Positions 58,767-64,000 of a stretch of DNA of 64,000 nucleotides are shown here, piece by piece (position 1 is the first letter of the stretch; each line of letters opens with the position of its first letter). The notes under the pieces were generated by a model that saw nothing but the letters and a program-made list of their open reading frames with translations, was not told where the DNA came from and searched no databases. Location of the stretch: contig JALQVG010000076.1 in NCBI GenBank assembly GCA_023260435.1, positions 7,251 to 71,250 of the forward strand, read 5' to 3'. The stretch is from Flavobacteriaceae bacterium. Its GTDB lineage: Bacteria; Bacteroidota; Bacteroidia; Flavobacteriales; Flavobacteriaceae. The position numbers were made by a program, and so were the translations under genes.

Positions 58767-61307
58767 TTACACAGTGGTCGTCCCTTTTTCAATACGCACG
58801 CTTAATTCTCCATCACCTTCTTGCCAATCAAGTGCTATAGCATCACCTTGGGCCATTTGGGAGAGAATGATTTGCTCTGCCAAAACATCTTCGACATACT
58901 TTTGAATGGCGCGTTTTAAAGGTCTGGCACCATACTGAGGATCAAATCCTTTTTCTGCGATAAAGCTCTTAGCAGCCTCGCTAAGTTTTATTTGGTACCC
59001 TAGGGATTCAATGCGATCAATTAGCTTAACTAATTCGATATCTATAATTTTTTCAATGTCTTTTTTCTCCAAACTATTGAAAACTACTACATCGTCAATT
59101 CTGTTTAGGAATTCTGGAGCAAAAGCTTTTTTCAAGGCATTTTCAATGACCCCTTTAGCATGATCTCCTGATTGTGCCATCTTGGCGGCCGTACCAAATC
59201 CTACTCCCAATCCAAAATCTTTTAGTTGACGAGATCCGATATTGGACGTCATAATAATGATGGTATTTCTAAAATCAATCTTTCTACCTAAGCTATCCGT
59301 CAAATAACCATCGTCGAGGACTTGAAGCAGCATGTTGAAAACATCTGGGTGAGCTTTTTCTACCTCGTCCAACAAGACTACGGCATATGGCTTTCTGCGA
59401 ACTTTTTCGGTTAGTTGACCGCCTTCTTCATAGCCTACATAACCCGGAGGTGATCCCACAAGTCTAGATATAGCAAATTTTTCCATATACTCACTCATAT
59501 CAATCCGAATTAATGAATCCTCAGAATCAAATAATTCTCTGGCCAGAACCTTAGCTAATTGGGTTTTTCCTACACCAGTTTGACCCAAGAATATAAAGGA
59601 TCCGATGGGTTTGTTGGGGTCCTTTAAGCCTGCTCTGTTGCGCTGAATAGCCTTGGCCACCTTAACAACCGCGTCTGGTTGTCCAATGACTTTGGATTGA
59701 ATCAGTTGGGGAAGCTCTGCCAGTTTAGCGCTTTCTGCTTGTGCTACTCGAGTTACGGGGATGCCGCTCATCATAGAAACTACGTTGGCCACGTGTTCCT
59801 CAGTAACGGTTTCCCGGTGTAGTTTGGCATTTTCTTCCCACCTTTCTTGGGCAATAGCTAGTTCTTTTTCGATCTTTTTTTCGTCGTCTCTTAGTTTGGC
59901 AGCCTCCTCGTATTTTTGTTTTTTGACTACAGCATTTTTCTCTTCGCGAACAGCTTCGAGTTGTTTCTCCAAGTCGATTACCTCTTTGGGAACATGCATG
60001 TTATTGATGTGCACTCTTGACCCTGCCTCATCCAAGGCGTCTATAGCTTTGTCGGGTAAAAACCGATCACTCATGTATCGTGTGGTTAATTGAACACAAG
60101 CGAGTATAGCTTCCGGCGTGTAGGTAACCTGGTGGTGGTCTTCGTACTTGGATTTGATATTGTGGAGAATCTCAATAGTTTCCTCTTCAGTAGTTGGTTC
60201 TATAATTACTTTTTGGAAACGACGCTCCAAGGCTCCATCTTTTTCAATGTATTGACGGTATTCATCCAGGGTTGTAGCGCCAATACATTGAATTTCACCT
60301 CTAGCTAGAGCGGGTTTAAACATATTCGATGCGTCAAGACTTCCTGTGGCCCCACCAGCACCAACAATGGTGTGGATTTCATCGATAAACAAGATGATAT
60401 CATCATTTTTTTCGACTTCATTCATTACCGCCTTCATGCGTTCTTCAAATTGACCGCGGTATTTTGTGCCAGCTACGAGTGAGGCTAGATCCAACGTAAC
60501 CACTCTTTTGTTGTAGAGTACACGGGATACTTTTTTCTGAACGATTCGCAGTGCAAGTCCTTCAGCAATGGCGCTTTTTCCTACTCCTGGTTCTCCGATC
60601 AGCAAGGGATTGTTTTTTTTGCGTCTACTCAATATTTGGGAGACGCGTTCAATCTCTTTAATGCGACCAACTACCGGATCTAACTTGTTTTCCTCAGCCA
60701 TTTTGGTGAGGTCTTTTCCAAAATTGTCGAGTACAGGGGTTTTGGACTTAGATGTTGATTTTGCCGTTGCAGAGGCGTTTCCGCTCTGTGGATTCTCTTT
60801 TTCTGGATCGTCTGCATCGGAATCAAAAGAGGCATTAGGTTCGTCAGCATAGTCGCTGTCGTTAGTGATCATCGACTTAAATTGTTCTTTAACTCCTTCG
60901 TAGTCAACCAACAATTTGTTAAGTAGTTTGGTAGTTGGATCGTTTTCATTCCTCAGGATACACAATAATAAATGAGCTGTATTTATCGAATTGCTCTGAA
61001 AGAGTTTGGCTTCGAGAAATGTTGTCTTCAGGGCGCGTTCTGCTTGACGAGTCAAGTGAAGATTTCTTTGATCTTGTCGGATGATTTGGGCGCTTTCCAC
61101 GGGTGGGTTGAGGGTTTCAATCCGTTTTCTGAGTTGCTCTAGATCTACGGCCAATGCCTCAAGTATTGAAATTGCTTTACCATTGCCATCTCTGAGTAGT
61201 CCCAGCATCAAGTGTTCAGTCCCAATAAAATCGTGACCCAATCTGAGTGCTTCTTCTTTGCTGTAGGCAATGACGTCTTTGACCCTTGGTGAAAAATTAT
61301 CGTCCAT
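58767..61307 (-). CDS. clpC: ATP-dependent Clp protease ATP-binding subunit ClpC-type (Hsp100)
   Basis: Clp_N repeats, AAA modules GEPGVGKSAI and GQTGVGKTQL, and a short UVR-like middle region. 846 aa. Confidence 0.9.
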   Translation of the reverse strand: MDDNFSPRVKDVIAYSKEEALRLGHDFIGTEHLMLGLLRDGNGKAISILEALAVDLEQLRKRIETLNPPVESAQIIRQDQRNLHLTRQAERALKTTFLEAKLFQSNSINTAHLLLCILRNENDPTTKLLNKLLVDYEGVKEQFKSMITNDSDYADEPNASFDSDADDPEKENPQSGNASATAKSTSKSKTPVLDNFGKDLTKMAEENKLDPVVGRIKEIERVSQILSRRKKNNPLLIGEPGVGKSAIAEGLALRIVQKKVSRVLYNKRVVTLDLASLVAGTKYRGQFEERMKAVMNEVEKNDDIILFIDEIHTIVGAGGATGSLDASNMFKPALARGEIQCIGATTLDEYRQYIEKDGALERRFQKVIIEPTTEEETIEILHNIKSKYEDHHQVTYTPEAILACVQLTTRYMSDRFLPDKAIDALDEAGSRVHINNMHVPKEVIDLEKQLEAVREEKNAVVKKQKYEEAAKLRDDEKKIEKELAIAQERWEENAKLHRETVTEEHVANVVSMMSGIPVTRVAQAESAKLAELPQLIQSKVIGQPDAVVKVAKAIQRNRAGLKDPNKPIGSFIFLGQTGVGKTQLAKVLARELFDSEDSLIRIDMSEYMEKFAISRLVGSPPGYVGYEEGGQLTEKVRRKPYAVVLLDEVEKAHPDVFNMLLQVLDDGYLTDSLGRKIDFRNTIIIMTSNIGSRQLKDFGLGVGFGTAAKMAQSGDHAKGVIENALKKAFAPEFLNRIDDVVVFNSLEKKDIEKIIDIELVKLIDRIESLGYQIKLSEAAKSFIAEKGFDPQYGARPLKRAIQKYVEDVLAEQIILSQMAQGDAIALDWQEGDGELSVRIEKGTTTV

Positions 61308-61554
61308 AATCAGGTATTATTGGGATAAAATTAAACATATTCAATCACTTTTACAGCAAGGATAGTGCCTAAGTTGTGCACATTGGGTAGGGGCTGACAA
61401 ATCTTCAGCCTTAGCGACTGAGTGGTTCGGCGCATGACTCTTTATATTTCTGTTGATAAATTCTACAATAAATCAAGCCATGAGCGGCTCTATACCCTGG
61501 GATTTGTGTATATTGGCCTGATCATTTTTGGAGTGATAAAATGTGCTTATTGAT

Positions 61555-64000
61555 ATGGCAGAAGGAGAAAAATTAATACCGATTAACATTGATGATGAGA
61601 TGAAATCAGCCTACATCGACTACTCGATGTCTGTTATTGTCTCAAGAGCACTTCCCGATGTACGGGATGGGCTAAAACCAGTTCACCGTCGAGTACTGTT
61701 TGGTATGCATGAATTGGGAGTTCGTTCAAACACCGCTTACAAAAAATCCGCTAGAATTGTCGGGGAAGTACTTGGTAAGTATCACCCACACGGGGATAGT
61801 TCGGTCTATGACACCATGGTGCGTATGGCTCAGGAATGGAGCTTGCGTTATATGTTGGTAGACGGTCAAGGTAACTTTGGCTCCGTAGACGGAGATAGCC
61901 CAGCAGCCATGCGATATACAGAAGCGCGTATGCGCCGTATAGCCGAGGATATGTTGGCAGATATCGATAAAGATACGGTAGATCACCAACTCAACTTTGA
62001 CGATTCTTTGAAGGAACCCAAAGTGTTGCCCACGCGTATTCCAAACCTGTTGGTTAATGGCGCGTCTGGTATCGCTGTTGGTATGGCGACCAATATGCCC
62101 CCACACAACCTGTCTGAGGTAGTGGACGGTATTCACGCTTATATCGATAACAACGATATTGAAATCGAGGATATTATTACCCACATCAAAGCACCAGATT
62201 TTCCGACAGGAGGAATTATTTATGGGTATGATGGCGTAAAAGAAGCATTCAAAACAGGTAGGGGAAGGGTTGTTGTACGCGCCAAGGCAGAGATGGAAGA
62301 AGTCCATGGAAGAGAGTGCATCATTGTTACCGAAATTCCTTACCAAGTGAACAAGGCCGATCTGATTAAAAAGATCGCCGACATGGTCAACGAAAAGAAA
62401 ATCGAGGGAATCTCTACAATTCGCGATGAATCTGACCGTAAGGGTATGCGTATTGTTTTTGTGCTCAAAAAGGACGCGGTACCCAACATAGTTTTAAACA
62501 CTCTGTATAAGTTTTCTGCGTTACAGTCTTCGTTTAGTGTCAACAACATCGCATTGGTCAATGGACGACCTGAGATGTTGAACATCAAAGACATGATCGT
62601 TCATTTTGTAGACCACAGACATGAGGTTGTGGTGCGCAGATCTGAATTTGAACTCAGAAAAGCAGAGGAACGCGCTCATATTTTGGAGGGGCTGATCATA
62701 GCTTCCGACAATATAGATGAAGTCATCAAAATCATCCGCGCAGCGAGCAATCCAGATGACGCACGGGCTGCATTGATGGAGCGATTTAAATTATCCGAGG
62801 CTCAGTCGAAAGCTATCGTTGAAATGCGTTTGCGTCAACTAACAGGTCTTGAGCAAGATAAATTGCGCGCTGAGTATGAAGAAGTGATCAAGACGATTGC
62901 AGACCTCAAGGATATATTGGCCCGCAAGGAACGCAGAATGCAAATCATCAAGGAGGAGCTGCAAGAGGTTAAAGATCGTTTTGGTGATGCTCGAAGATCT
63001 GAAATCAACTATGCAGGTGGTGATTTAAGTATGGAGGACATGATTCCGGATGAGCAAGTGGTCATCACTATTTCACATGCCGGATATATCAAGAGAACAC
63101 CGCTTTCTGAATACAAAACCCAAAATAGGGGTGGGGTAGGCCAAAAAGCGTCTTCCACCAGAAACGAAGATTTCTTAGAGCATTTATTTGTGGGTACCAA
63201 CCACCAATACATGTTGTTCTTCACCCAATCCGGTAAATGTTTCTGGATGCGCGTGTTTGAAATCCCAGAAGGTAGCAGAACATCTAAAGGTCGAGCAATA
63301 CAAAATTTGATCAACATCACTCCGGACGATAAGGTAAAAGCATTTATCTGTACACAAGACTTAAAGGACCCGGATTATGTCAACAGTCATTATGTAATGA
63401 TGGCTACCCGTCAAGGTATTGTGAAGAAAACTTCTTTAGAGTCCTACTCAAGACCACGGGTTAATGGGATCAATGCCATCACCGTCAGGGATGGGGATGA
63501 GTTGATCGAAGCTAAGTTGACCACTGGAAGCAGTCAGGTGTTGATCGGATTGCGTTCAGGTAAAGCGATTAGATTTGAAGAGAGTAAAACCAGACCGATG
63601 GGAAGAAATGCCTCCGGTGTACGCGGGGTTACTTTGGCTGACGATCAAGATGAGGTAATCGGTATGGTCACGGTGAACAATTTTGATGAAGATATTTTGG
63701 TGGTATCCGAAAAGGGTTACGGTAAACGCTCAAGTATAGAGGATTATCGAATCACTAATCGAGGAGGAAAAGGGGTGAAAACCATTTCGATCACGGAAAA
63801 AACAGGCTATTTGGTAGCGATCAAAAATGTGGATGATACCGATGATTTGATGATTATCAACAAGTCGGGAATAGCTATTCGCCTGAATGTAGATGATTTA
63901 CGAGTTATGGGGCGTGCTACTCAAGGAGTTCGTCTGATCAATATCAGGGATAACGATTCTATCGCAGCGGTGGCCAAAGTGGTCCGCGAGGAAGAAGTGG
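61555..64000 (+). CDS. gyrA: DNA gyrase subunit A (3' end runs off the window)
   Basis: My translation from ATG 61555 gives [49 protein letters not shown]...AAMRYTE (catalytic Tyr). The frame stays open to nt 64000, so it is absent from the ORF track. Confidence 0.95.
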   Translation, partial: MAEGEKLIPINIDDEMKSAYIDYSMSVIVSRALPDVRDGLKPVHRRVLFGMHELGVRSNTAYKKSARIVGEVLGKYHPHGDSSVYDTMVRMAQEWSLRYMLVDGQGNFGSVDGDSPAAMRYTEARMRRIAEDMLADIDKDTVDHQLNFDDSLKEPKVLPTRIPNLLVNGASGIAVGMATNMPPHNLSEVVDGIHAYIDNNDIEIEDIITHIKAPDFPTGGIIYGYDGVKEAFKTGRGRVVVRAKAEMEEVHGRECIIVTEIPYQVNKADLIKKIADMVNEKKIEGISTIRDESDRKGMRIVFVLKKDAVPNIVLNTLYKFSALQSSFSVNNIALVNGRPEMLNIKDMIVHFVDHRHEVVVRRSEFELRKAEERAHILEGLIIASDNIDEVIKIIRAASNPDDARAALMERFKLSEAQSKAIVEMRLRQLTGLEQDKLRAEYEEVIKTIADLKDILARKERRMQIIKEELQEVKDRFGDARRSEINYAGGDLSMEDMIPDEQVVITISHAGYIKRTPLSEYKTQNRGGVGQKASSTRNEDFLEHLFVGTNHQYMLFFTQSGKCFWMRVFEIPEGSRTSKGRAIQNLINITPDDKVKAFICTQDLKDPDYVNSHYVMMATRQGIVKKTSLESYSRPRVNGINAITVRDGDELIEAKLTTGSSQVLIGLRSGKAIRFEESKTRPMGRNASGVRGVTLADDQDEVIGMVTVNNFDEDILVVSEKGYGKRSSIEDYRITNRGGKGVKTISITEKTGYLVAIKNVDDTDDLMIINKSGIAIRLNVDDLRVMGRATQGVRLINIRDNDSIAAVAKVVREEEV

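Noticed and set aside
61726-63320. Three minus-strand ORFs (61726..62346, 62340..62594, 63009..63320; 206, 84 and 103 aa)
   Set aside because: All lie antisense inside the unambiguous gyrA reading frame (plus strand from 61555, with strong family motifs). They have odd composition and no motifs, so they are shadow ORFs.

Overview
This window looks like a core, housekeeping stretch of a Bacteroidota chromosome, most likely Flavobacteriia-like. That call rests on gene content (DUF4835-recN, DUF3822-rsmD, ytxJ), recurrent TAnnTTTG -7 promoter boxes, absence of Shine-Dalgarno sequences, and many TTG/GTG or leaderless starts. I support about 58 protein genes. They include recN, fabI, coaE, a two-component pair, miaA, smpB, pcm, clpB, glyA, pheT, a short leuA, an ECF sigma operon, lon, cmk, rpsA, pyrR-pyrB-rnz, pdxH, ppk1, dnaX, rsmD, kdsB, gcvT, thrABC and clpC. 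gyrA runs off the right edge and is therefore missing from the ORF track. Two RNA genes are invisible to the ORF track: SRP RNA (ffs, minus strand, about 17503..17600, under a spurious 66-aa ORF) and RNase P RNA (rnpB, plus strand, about 45734..46020). I saw no tRNA or rRNA genes, CRISPR arrays, transposases, integrases, or recognisable defence or toxin genes. I cannot honestly point to a novel multi-gene system here. The items most worth a second look are small-scale. (1) A 27-codon ORF with 10 Thr codons sits directly upstream of thrA and is a candidate attenuation leader. (2) An A10 run in dnaX sits at the tau/gamma boundary, with stops in both alternative frames. (3) A translationally coupled operon encodes an ECF sigma, an anti-sigma and two beta-solenoid (DUF4097/DUF2807-like) proteins. 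(4) Several proteins keep a known fold but lack catalytic residues: an exonuclease with a degenerate GIY-YIG-like domain, a thioredoxin fold without CXXC, and a PCD-like protein lacking 2 of 3 His. (5) Several -7 boxes lie only 4-7 nt from the ATG, implying leaderless mRNAs. All family assignments come from motifs I recognise by eye. No database search or folding computation was run.
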